Of a DNA stretch of 24,059 bases, positions 8,881-16,529 are shown in pieces. The notes beneath the pieces are model-generated. The model was given only the letters and a program-made list of their open reading frames with translations, searched no databases and was not told where the DNA came from. The position numbers were made by a program, and so were the translations under genes. This DNA comes from a virus (Duplodnaviria; Caudoviricetes). The stretch covers positions 1-24,059 of the IMG/VR virus record IMGVR_UViG_3300025022_000018; one strand, given 5' to 3'. The number at the start of each line of letters is the position of its first letter. The first letter of the stretch is position 1.

Positions 8881-8908
8881 ATTATACACCAATGTTATTT
8901 TTTTGCAA
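8881..8908 (-). promoter_or_regulatory. Sigma70-like promoter TTGCAA-16-TATAAT upstream of the portal gene
   Basis: Hexamers at 8908-8903 and 8886-8881. Confidence 0.55.
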
Positions 8909-9215
8909 GAGTCTCCGTGTTCTTAATTGTCCGTATTAAACCCTCTACCTTGGTTATTCTTCCCTCAAAGATTGTTGTAGTTATATTACCAAATCCATGA
9001 TTTTTTACCAACCTTAAATTATAGAGATAATCAAGTATATCATCAAGAGAAATATCCAACTTAACCAAAAACTCCCGAAAACTGGCAAGTTCAGGAAACA
9101 ACATTTTTAACCACTTAACCGCCAATTCCTCATTCTTTTCGTTTTGAGTCCAATAGTCGGCTAGGTCTTTATAGTCCGAGATCTGGATCTTTGATTTCTC
9201 TATTTTTTTGGACAT
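8895..9215 (-). CDS. Hypothetical protein with a DUF2292/YezD-like C-terminus
   Basis: GFGNITTTIFEGRITKVE resembles the FGSVEIxxHDGxIxQIE pattern. Start uncertain (9215 or 9239). Confidence 0.6.
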   Translation of the reverse strand: MSKKIEKSKIQISDYKDLADYWTQNEKNEELAVKWLKMLFPELASFREFLVKLDISLDDILDYLYNLRLVKNHGFGNITTTIFEGRITKVEGLIRTIKNTETLAKK

Positions 9216-10500
9216 AGGCAGAGTAATTACCTTGATCATCTGACTTCTTGTAGCTCACCGCAAAGTACCTCATTGCCGCCATCAAATCGTAGTGTCCGCC
9301 TGTCGGATCACCTGTATCGTCAAGAATCGGAACAATATCTCCCGTTATTGTTTCCTTCCAACCGAGTTTTTCTATTTGGCTAACGAACTTATCTGTCTTG
9401 CCATTATTAAGAACAAACAGCCTTGGTGCATTTTCTATCACCCTACCCCCGGGAAGATAAAGAGTGTGTCCGGGCAAAGGCTTTAGTCTTTCGTTTACCT
9501 TGCCTATACAAAAATCCACCCAACCTTTGTATCCCTGTCCTACTGTTTTGTCTGCATTTTGTATATGAATATTGTGCATTTCAAATTCCTTTACCCATTG
9601 CTTACCAGTAGGATCACCCCAACACGGTATGAATCCTAAACCATAATCCTGTGCTTGTATCGCCTCGGAATGCGACTTAACATCAGACGTATTATTCAAA
9701 TAGCAATTATCAACAAACCAATTATCCTCATCATCAATCACCACCCGAACAGATGCAGTAAAATCTACCGAACCATAATCAAACCCCCTGCCCCTTTGCC
9801 AATTTGCAGGAATATCAAATGGTTCAATAAAGTGTATGTCCCTATTCCACTCCTTATGAGCAATCCCGGTGTGTTTTCGGAAATCCGCCAGAAACTCTTG
9901 AGCAAATGTATCTTCAGTAAGTTCTTTTCTTTGTGCATCTATTTCTTCCTTGGCAATATAAGGGTTATCGTAACTGCTAAAACGCCAAGACTTATAATCA
10001 CTATCTGGGTTTTGACCGGATGTGTATAGTTCATAAAAATGGTTGAAACCTTTTGGTGTTGAAATGAAAAGAGCTGGGGCTTGATAATCTGTAAGCGTAG
10101 GCCGAAGAACCTCACTCCAGAGCCAATCCCAATTCCTAATACTGGCAATCTCATCAATGACCAATCCCCTGAGCTTGACGCCACGTAAAGCATCGGGATT
10201 TTCAGCCCCTTTAAGTTCAATAATACTGCCGTTTTTAAGTATGATTGATAAGTCAACTTCATTTTTCTTTAATATCCATTCTCTCGGTATTTCTTTCTGA
10301 ATCTCTAACCAATGAATCATCTTTGATTGTTTGTAGTTCGGTGAAACTATCCAATATGTCCCTATCTTTTCCAATGTCCATTTCAGGATGATCATACGAG
10401 ACAGAACTGACTTGCCCGAACGGCGTCCAGCACATACTATCCGAAACCTGTGAGAGTCGTTTGCTACAGTTAACTGCCAATCCGACATTATAACTTTCAT
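9169..10500 (-). CDS. terL: Terminase large subunit
   Basis: Walker A AGRRSGKS, LRG, Walker B LVIDE, STPKG, nuclease GFDYG and HYD..AA.RY. Confidence 0.95.
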   Translation of the reverse strand: MKVIMSDWQLTVANDSHRFRIVCAGRRSGKSVLSRMIILKWTLEKIGTYWIVSPNYKQSKMIHWLEIQKEIPREWILKKNEVDLSIILKNGSIIELKGAENPDALRGVKLRGLVIDEIASIRNWDWLWSEVLRPTLTDYQAPALFISTPKGFNHFYELYTSGQNPDSDYKSWRFSSYDNPYIAKEEIDAQRKELTEDTFAQEFLADFRKHTGIAHKEWNRDIHFIEPFDIPANWQRGRGFDYGSVDFTASVRVVIDDEDNWFVDNCYLNNTSDVKSHSEAIQAQDYGLGFIPCWGDPTGKQWVKEFEMHNIHIQNADKTVGQGYKGWVDFCIGKVNERLKPLPGHTLYLPGGRVIENAPRLFVLNNGKTDKFVSQIEKLGWKETITGDIVPILDDTGDPTGGHYDLMAAMRYFAVSYKKSDDQGNYSAYVQKNREIKDPDLGL

Positions 10501-10877
10501 TTTTCATTCTTAGTAAACTCTAAAACCATATTCTCCGTATTAAAAGTGTTCATTGTTTCCGGTGATAATTTCTTTTTAACCTTGTACGCCAATTCAACCG
10601 CTTTTAATTGTGTTGGTATGTCCGGAACCTCTCGGCCTGATTCGGTTAATGATCCACAAGTCTTTGTCGCATCTAATGCCCTTTCGTGAACTGACAATAA
10701 TTTTTCATCTGGCAAGTGTTTGTCCATAAGCTTGTGCCAACCATTCGATCTAGTTAAATTTCCTGGATCAACGATCGTATTAGGAGAATACCTAACTTCT
10801 TTCATCGCCCTACTTACGGGCCAACTAGGATTTTCTAGGATTTTCTTGACTGCTAGTTTTTGTTTGATGGTTGCCAT
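10497..10877 (-). CDS. terS: Probable terminase small subunit
   Basis: N-terminal HTH (KQKLAV...AMKEV.YS), PD..TQLKAVELAYK; ATGA-coupled to terL. Confidence 0.7.
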   Translation of the reverse strand: MATIKQKLAVKKILENPSWPVSRAMKEVRYSPNTIVDPGNLTRSNGWHKLMDKHLPDEKLLSVHERALDATKTCGSLTESGREVPDIPTQLKAVELAYKVKKKLSPETMNTFNTENMVLEFTKNEK

Positions 10878-10890
10878 CTTATTTCCTCAA

Positions 10891-10936
10891 TGGACGGAGG
10901 AGGTTTGACCCTCCCCCGCCCTGCCGAGCCCGGCCA
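10891..10936 (-). other. GC-rich, tRNA-minihelix-like hairpin upstream of terS
   Basis: GGGCGGGGGAGG-GTCAAA-CCTCCTCCGTCC-A: 12-bp stem with two G.U pairs, preceded by a small GCCG/CGGC stem. Confidence 0.55.
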
Positions 10937-11025
10937 TGTTTGGTGAAATTAAATTTCCTTAATCTCAAACATTCCGTGACTCCCGCCGCTTGAACTCCCT
11001 GGTCTCCAATTTCATTCTTTCCTCC

Positions 11026-11216
11026 TTATTTTTTTAAGTTAGTAAAAATAAACTCTTTCGTATTGCCAGAACCGCCCGTAAGAAAGGGATTATAAATTTC
11101 CTTCCTACATAAATCACAATAAATAGTATCCTCAAACTCGGTAGTCCAGCCCACAATATGCTCAAAAGGAAATTTGTGATTATAGCATTTAATTCTCATA
11201 AATTGTTTATCTTTCA
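11026..11216 (-). CDS. Small Cys/His hypothetical protein
   Basis: MKDKQF start after AGGAAGGA; CYNH...CDLC motif. Confidence 0.55.
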
Positions 11217-11461
11217 TTCTTTCCTTCCTCGCAGTCAACGTATTCCTACCTTTTCTTCTTCTCATTAAAGCCATATGCACAATTACCACTTGTGTCTATT
11301 TTAAATGGTTCTTCATTACCATTTTACTAAAAGTATTTTTATCTATTTCAGCGTAAAACATGGCTTCTTCTATGCTTTCGATAATATCAAGTTGTACCTA
11401 CTTAACAACTCTATGTAAAACCGAATAAAATCAACCCAATACAATTAATTAAATCAATTAC

Positions 11462-11587
11462 TTAATTCTTTTCCTCCAATTTTTCTAACTCCTTATTTAA
11501 ATCTTTAATAAATTTTTGCCACTCGGATATTTCATCTTCAGCGTATTTAATAAGTTTAATAAGTGATAACTTTTTTTTGTTACTCAC
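11462..11587 (-). CDS. 41-aa hypothetical protein (not in the ORF track)
   Basis: GTGA overlap, RBS GGAGGAG; MSNKKKLSLIKLIKYAEDEISEWQKF... Confidence 0.6.
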   Translation of the reverse strand: MSNKKKLSLIKLIKYAEDEISEWQKFIKDLNKELEKLEEKN

Positions 11588-11817
11588 TTAATCTCCTCCT
11601 CCATCTTTGATATTTTGGTAACAACATTGTGTTCCTCTTCTAACGCCATAATATATCTAATTAAATAATTTATCTTTAAATTTAATTGAAGTGTTTTCCA
11701 ATCAACACCAACCTTTTTAAGAGAATCAATTTCAGACAATGTTTGAGTTTCCCCTAATTGCATTTGACGGATTTCTTTGGCTAATTCAACTAATTTATTT
11801 TTATAATTCTTATTCAT
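11584..11817 (-). CDS. Hypothetical protein
   Basis: 77-aa ORF with RBS AAGGA, coupled to the next gene. Confidence 0.65.
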   Translation of the reverse strand: MNKNYKNKLVELAKEIRQMQLGETQTLSEIDSLKKVGVDWKTLQLNLKINYLIRYIMALEEEHNVVTKISKMEEEIK

Positions 11818-11823
11818 TGTGTT

Positions 11824-11937
11824 TTAATCCTTATTTACTTTCGGCACTTGATATTTTGCCCACACCCGATACCCTATTCTTCGGTTAATAAAACAAACAA
11901 GTTTGTGAATAAGGCAGCGGAAAAAGTAATTGATCAT
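11824..11937 (-). CDS. 37-aa hypothetical protein
   Basis: MINYFFRCLIH start is ATGA-coupled to the upstream ORF. Confidence 0.45.
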   Translation of the reverse strand: MINYFFRCLIHKLVCFINRRIGYRVWAKYQVPKVNKD

Positions 11938-12101
11938 TTTATTTTTAAGTTTGTGCGTATTTTCTTGCAACCAAAGCAAACTTGAGTCAACGCATCGTGA
12001 AATGTAGAAAAACATACTTGTTGACTATGCTTTCCTTCACAATTCTTAATTTCCCTATGTACATCTTCAATCGTTGGTAACCACTGATATTCAAAGTTCA
12101 C
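11934..12101 (-). CDS. 55-aa Cys/His protein (not in the ORF track)
   Basis: GTGA overlap and RBS GGAGG; C.GKH...C...H...CFGC. Confidence 0.6.
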   Translation of the reverse strand: MNFEYQWLPTIEDVHREIKNCEGKHSQQVCFSTFHDALTQVCFGCKKIRTNLKIK

Positions 12102-12874
12102 TTTATTTCCTCCAAATCTTTAACTAATTTCATAAAATACTTCTGGATCTTTTTGATTAATAGTTTTCGAGCAGCATCGGCAGCAGCATCAGCAGCATGA
12201 GCAGCATAAGCAGTATGAACAGCAGCATCGGCAGCAGCATAAACAATATAAGCAGCAGCATAAGCAGCAGCACGAGCAGCAGCATAAGCAGCAGCATCGA
12301 CAGCATGAGCAGCATAAGCAGCATGAGCAGCAGCATCGGCAGTATAAGCAGCAGCATAAGCAGCATAAGCAGCAGCATCGGCAGCATGAGCAGCATAAGC
12401 AGCAGCATAAGCAGCAGCATAAGCAGCAGCATCGGTAGCAGCATGAGCAGCAGCATAAGCAGCATCTCTATTCTTCTTCGTATCCTTTAACAAAACCATT
12501 TTTACCGCTTCGATTGCCTCTCTCGGTCTCATGTCACTTGGATACTTTTTCTCAAAAATAGGTAAAACTAATTCGGCAGAATAAATAGCTAATTTTAGAC
12601 TATCCTTCTTTGTCCACTTCCAAGCCTTAATTACTCTCTGTTCTTCCCAGCATTCTTTGTTGTCTTCTTCCAAGTGTTTTCCTTTACATTCTACTTCGGT
12701 TAATATTTCACCTTGCACATACAAAAAAGCATCGTAAGCATCTTTACAAGCATGAAGTCCCCAATTACACATTTCTAATTCACCTTCCATTTTTACCCAC
12801 TTACCGATAGACCATTTCTGGCTTCCGTGTTCCGACTTCATTCCTTTGTGTAAAAATTTGTATCTGGTTGTCAT
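12098..12874 (-). CDS. Phage protein: YK...GLHAC N-terminal domain (DUF7666-like), Imm5-like RPREAIEA segment, Ala-rich repeat
   Basis: Motifs in the translation; coupled overlaps at both ends. Confidence 0.75.
   Translation of the reverse strand: MTTRYKFLHKGMKSEHGSQKWSIGKWVKMEGELEMCNWGLHACKDAYDAFLYVQGEILTEVECKGKHLEEDNKECWEEQRVIKAWKWTKKDSLKLAIYSAELVLPIFEKKYPSDMRPREAIEAVKMVLLKDTKKNRDAAYAAAHAATDAAAYAAAYAAAYAAHAADAAAYAAYAAAYTADAAAHAAYAAHAVDAAAYAAARAAAYAAAYIVYAAADAAVHTAYAAHAADAAADAARKLLIKKIQKYFMKLVKDLEEIK
12170..12465. repeat. Degenerate (GCA)n coding repeat with 9/12-bp units
   Basis: Units GCAGCATAA, GCAGCATGA and GCAGCATCG encode AAY, AAH and AD on the minus strand. Confidence 0.95.
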
Positions 12875-12978
12875 ATCTTTAAAATTATCCCTGTAATTAT
12901 CCCTAAAAAAATACTTGTTATGAAAGCCCCAATCAGGACTTCAATTTTTGCTTAGTTAGCTAAAAGATAGTTTTTCAT
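12871..12978 (-). pseudogene. Small membrane peptide gene with an internal TAA
   Basis: MKNYLLAN*AKIEVLIGAFITSIFLGIITGIILKI; ATGA overlaps at both ends; stop at 12954-12952. Confidence 0.5.
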
Positions 12979-13565
12979 AAGTCAAACTCCACTGCTTGTA
13001 TTTCCTTCATGAACGCCCTTATGGTCCGGCAATATGTACTTGCTTCCGGCGCATTATATGAAATACAGAATTGTCCAATTTCTTTACTTTCCCTAAAGTC
13101 TTTATAGCGATCCATTGTTCCAAGTTTGTTAGCAACTACCTTGATAGCTTCCACTTTGTCTTTAAAAACAATTTTTCCGCTACCCCAACCCAGAAAGTTC
13201 GACGTTTCTTTAATATAGTTCTTTCCGCAACTGGACTCGGCACAAGAAATTGCGACCATCAGATAGGGTGGAAGCCCATTACTCACTGCTTCATCATAGA
13301 AAACCTGTCCTAAGCCATACAGTGGGCTGTTGTGTGTCTCAAAGAAGCGGTCGATGACTGCTGATGTAGTAGCCCGTCTTTCGGATTTAGTAACTGGTCT
13401 AATATTCTCCGGCATAATATAAGGATTGCGCATTAATGAATTCTCATAACCAGCTGCTTCAATTTCATGGACAAAGAAAGCAGTACCGGCAATAAGCAAA
13501 AGAATAATTATCAAAGTAATTCTGTTGTGGATAGAAAGACCCTTATTTTGTTTCATTTGATCCAA
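12975..13565 (-). CDS. Membrane-anchored glucosaminidase/lysozyme-like hydrolase
   Basis: N-terminal TM segment; NSPL...AISCAESSCG...NFLGWG, with a catalytic Glu in AES. Confidence 0.75.
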   Translation of the reverse strand: MDQMKQNKGLSIHNRITLIIILLLIAGTAFFVHEIEAAGYENSLMRNPYIMPENIRPVTKSERRATTSAVIDRFFETHNSPLYGLGQVFYDEAVSNGLPPYLMVAISCAESSCGKNYIKETSNFLGWGSGKIVFKDKVEAIKVVANKLGTMDRYKDFRESKEIGQFCISYNAPEASTYCRTIRAFMKEIQAVEFDL

Positions 13566-13577
13566 GTTTAAATTTTT

Positions 13578-13730
13578 TTATTTTCTTTGTCCTTCCGGAT
13601 TCTTCATATAAAAATCCAAAGCTTTTCGAATTATCTCTGACCGAGTAGTCCGATTAACATAAGCAAACACTCTAAGTTTTTCGATTAACTCTGCGTCAAG
13701 AGTAAATGTTTTTCTAATAAATTTAATCAT
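13578..13730 (-). CDS. Ribbon-helix-helix (CopG-like) regulator, 50 aa (not in the ORF track)
   Basis: RKTFTLDAELIEKL....RTTRSEIIRKAL. Confidence 0.85.
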   Translation of the reverse strand: MIKFIRKTFTLDAELIEKLRVFAYVNRTTRSEIIRKALDFYMKNPEGQRK

Positions 13731-13735
13731 AATTC

Positions 13736-13770
13736 AACCTATCACACTTAAATAAGTATTGTCAATACCC
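13736..13770 (-). promoter_or_regulatory. Promoter with the palindromic operator GTATTG-T-CAATAC over its TTGACA -35
   Basis: Palindrome at 13756-13768; TG-A-TAGGTT -10 lies 5 nt before the RHH ATG. Confidence 0.6.
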
Positions 13771-13773
13771 CAA

Positions 13774-14109
13774 TTATAGATCCAACTGTTCCGCTGAACG
13801 AAACGCCCGGGCACAATTGAGTTCTGCTACTCTCTTCTTATCATTCTCGGTTAAGTTTTCCTTAAACTCTCCAAACGCTTTTTCTTCTTCATCGCCATAC
13901 TCTTCCAACAAGAATTCTTTTCCCCAAATAAGAAGAGCTTCACTAAACGTTTTATCAACGCCGAGCGTTTCTAATTGTCTAATCAAGAAATCACTATTTT
14001 CAAAGATTTTTATTTTTTGGTCATTATTAGCAATAGAATAAATATCGTGAATCTTTTTAATTTTTCTTAATAAAATAGTGATGTTTTCTTTTGTCATTTT
14101 TTTATTCAA
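13774..14109 (-). CDS. Hypothetical protein
   Basis: 111-aa ORF with AAGGA upstream. Confidence 0.65.
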   Translation of the reverse strand: MNKKMTKENITILLRKIKKIHDIYSIANNDQKIKIFENSDFLIRQLETLGVDKTFSEALLIWGKEFLLEEYGDEEEKAFGEFKENLTENDKKRVAELNCARAFRSAEQLDL

Positions 14110-14127
14110 AATTGTCCTTGCTCTTAG

Positions 14128-14302
14128 AACCCATATCGTATATCACACTATATATAGTGATGATATACGATATGGGTTATGCCTAGAGCCTTTTTAGTGC
14201 TTGATATGGGTTTGATATGAATAGTCGTTTTTGAGGCTAAATGATTCATATCAACCCTGATATGGGTTTGATATGAGTCTTGATATGGGTTGTTGTGGAT
14301 AA
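14128..14302. repeat. Probable replication origin: 51-bp palindrome, GATATG iterons, DnaA box
   Basis: Palindrome at 14128-14178; TGATATGGGTTTGATATGA at 14202 and 14258; TGATATGGGTT at 14281; inverted TCATATCAA at 14246; TGTGGATAA at 14294-14302. Confidence 0.75.
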
Positions 14303-14314
14303 CTTTTATTTTTG

Positions 14315-15889
14315 TCATTCTTTTCCCTTCCAAAAATAGTTACTTTTTCGACCATTTTTTACTATTTCTAAAATATCATCATCAACCATTTCTTTTAATG
14401 CTTTACCAAGACTAGAAGAAGAAATTCCATTGTTTCCACAAGAAGCAGCCAACTCCTCTCTGGCAAGGGTTACCTCGCCGGAAAAAGCATCCTCAATCAC
14501 CTCTTTCGCTATTGTTATCTTGTCGGCCTCCTCCATAACCTCACCGCCATACTTAATTTCAGTAACGATTGTTTTATCCACATTGACCGGATCAGGAATA
14601 GAAACCAACTCAACCTTGAACTTATTTAACTTTTCTGCGTCTCCGGCTTTTGTTTGTTCCCAAACAAATTCATTTTTTGATTTAAGGACATTCTTTATAT
14701 AAAAAGCGGAATAAACTTGAGCCATAATATTAGTTGATCCTCGAGAAAGCTGGGCAGAAGTTCTGGGCGTACCTGCGGTCGGCTTGCTGGCGTGATGAAG
14801 AACTAAGATAGAACAACCTGGAAAAAGTTGTCGAAAACCATCAAAGAAGGCTTGAGTATCAGCGGCGGCGTTTTCGTTGCCAACCATAACATCGGTAAAA
14901 GCGTCTACTATAATTAAATTTATTTCCTCCTTTTTGACCTTGCGGGACGCTGCTTGAGCGAAGGCGGAAAATCCGGATTCTTCCTTCTCGTCGTTGATTT
15001 CAAAGAGATAAGGATACTTAAGCCACCAAATGTTTTCTCCGGTCATTTTTAAACCATTCAAGCGCGTCTGCGTTCTACGTTTAGTGTTTTCTTTGTCAAT
15101 GAATAACACTTTGGCGGTTTTCTTTACTTCAAACTGGTCAAGCCATTTCTTGCCCGTTGTAACCGCTTCCGCGAGGGAAAGAGTATAAAATGATTTACCC
15201 GTGGCTTCTGCACCTACAATAAAACAGAAACCTTCAACGGGCAGGATCCGATCAACGAGCCATTCTTCGGGAGGAAGTTCTTTTTGGAGAAGTTCTGCTC
15301 CTGTTTCAAAGGCGAAATCTTTCGATTCGTTGATTTCTTGCCATTCTTCCAGCGATACGCGAGGAAGGGTTTCAAAGTCGACTTTGGTGTGCCCAGCGGT
15401 AAAATAATCAGAAAGATCTTTATACTCGGGAGGAAAAATTATAATAGAAGGAATCGCGCTTGCGGCAAGGAGGTTTGTATAAACTTTTTCTATAGAAGTT
15501 TTACCAGCTTCATCGTTATCGAGAGCAAGATAAACTTTTTTGTCCTTTAACGGAGACGCCAGTTTATCAGAAAATGTTTTAACGCCAGAGGTTCCAGTGA
15601 CAGCAGGGATGCCTTCTTGCCATAGACGCATACAGTCCGGTTCTCCTTCACAAAAAACAACCCTGTCACATTTCTTTATTTTATAGGAGGCAAAAAGGAC
15701 GGGGTAAGAACCCTTGTCTGAGGTGAACTTCGTATCTCCAACTAGATGGCGGTAACGCAAAAAAAGGAGTTTTCCTTCTTCATCGTAAATAGGAATAGTT
15801 ATTTTTTCATCATTCCAGACGACGCCAAAGACTTTTTTAAGATAGTCTGGATTTAAACTATGTTTTTCAAAATATTCGATTGCGTTCAT
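14315..15889 (-). CDS. Primase-helicase (Toprim + RecA-like AAA_25 + C-terminal wHTH)
   Basis: CEGEPD, DNDEAG, Walker A GAEATGKS, Walker B IIVD, VLHH. Confidence 0.92.
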   Translation of the reverse strand: MNAIEYFEKHSLNPDYLKKVFGVVWNDEKITIPIYDEEGKLLFLRYRHLVGDTKFTSDKGSYPVLFASYKIKKCDRVVFCEGEPDCMRLWQEGIPAVTGTSGVKTFSDKLASPLKDKKVYLALDNDEAGKTSIEKVYTNLLAASAIPSIIIFPPEYKDLSDYFTAGHTKVDFETLPRVSLEEWQEINESKDFAFETGAELLQKELPPEEWLVDRILPVEGFCFIVGAEATGKSFYTLSLAEAVTTGKKWLDQFEVKKTAKVLFIDKENTKRRTQTRLNGLKMTGENIWWLKYPYLFEINDEKEESGFSAFAQAASRKVKKEEINLIIVDAFTDVMVGNENAAADTQAFFDGFRQLFPGCSILVLHHASKPTAGTPRTSAQLSRGSTNIMAQVYSAFYIKNVLKSKNEFVWEQTKAGDAEKLNKFKVELVSIPDPVNVDKTIVTEIKYGGEVMEEADKITIAKEVIEDAFSGEVTLAREELAASCGNNGISSSSLGKALKEMVDDDILEIVKNGRKSNYFWKGKE

Positions 15890-16233
15890 ATATAAGAGTA
15901 GAGATCATTATTACGACAATACTCAATTGCTGATTTAAAATCATAACCTAATAATTTCATTGCCAAATTAAGCCCGTCTCCGTATGCTCCGCAGGAAAAG
16001 CAATAATAAGTATTAGTATCGGGATATAGGGCAAAACTGGGTTTGGTGTCTGAATGAAATGGACAAAGGGTAACAATCGCTCGGCCGGAAGGTCTCATTT
16101 TTGGATGATCAGGAGAACAGGACTCGAAGACTCGAACAATGTCCGGCTTGAAGGGTTTATTTTTTTCCCAAGATGGAGAAATCTTTATTCTTAATTTAGA
16201 TTTAGTGAAGGGATTTAACATTGGTATAGCCAT
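15886..16233 (-). CDS. Stand-alone CHC2 primase zinc-finger protein
   Basis: CPFHSDTKPSF...CFSCG..GD; ATGA-coupled to the primase-helicase. Confidence 0.9.
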   Translation of the reverse strand: MAIPMLNPFTKSKLRIKISPSWEKNKPFKPDIVRVFESCSPDHPKMRPSGRAIVTLCPFHSDTKPSFALYPDTNTYYCFSCGAYGDGLNLAMKLLGYDFKSAIEYCRNNDLYSYI

Positions 16234-16307
16234 TATTATTCTTTTTGTTAAATATTGTCAAGTAGCAAAAACTGGGTATTGACAACGTAAAATAGAAAGA
16301 ATATTAT
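16234..16307. promoter_or_regulatory. Divergent promoter region with back-to-back TTGACA
   Basis: Plus strand TTGACA(16279)-17-TATTAT(16302); minus strand TTGACA at 16261-16256. Confidence 0.65.
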
Positions 16308-16527
16308 GATTGTAATGATAGACCCAAATGACAACTTATTGACCTTAGATCAAGTGGCGGAGATTCTTCAAGTTTCCCGTCCAACTGTTTACGAATTTAT
16401 AAAAGACGAGACCAATTCCCTTCCTATTGTATATCTTTCGGATAGAACACCCCGGATAAGACTAAGCAAACTAAACGAATGGATTGAAATTCAAACTAAT
16501 AGTAATGAATCGAAGGGAGGTGAATAA
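16306..16527 (+). CDS. Excisionase-like HTH DNA-binding protein (HTH_17)
   Basis: LLTLDQVAEILQVSRPTVY...RI..SKL.EWI. The true start may be 16315 (leaderless). Confidence 0.88.
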   Translation: MIVMIDPNDNLLTLDQVAEILQVSRPTVYEFIKDETNSLPIVYLSDRTPRIRLSKLNEWIEIQTNSNESKGGE

Positions 16528-16529
16528 AT

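Noticed and set aside
2001-10908. Short plus-strand and nested ORFs within the structural genes
   Set aside because: They overlap well-supported minus-strand genes and show no recognisable motifs.
10891-10936. Complete tRNA gene
   Set aside because: No D arm or anticodon arm, and the loop is 6 nt.
12157-12490. Poly-Leu/Met and poly-Ser/Ile ORFs; CRISPR or DGR reading of the repeat
   Set aside because: These are frame artefacts of the GCA repeat. There are no unique spacers, no reverse transcriptase and no template/variable repeat pair.
14148-14333. 61-aa ORF
   Set aside because: It runs through the iteron/palindrome region and its His/Ile pattern derives from the repeats.
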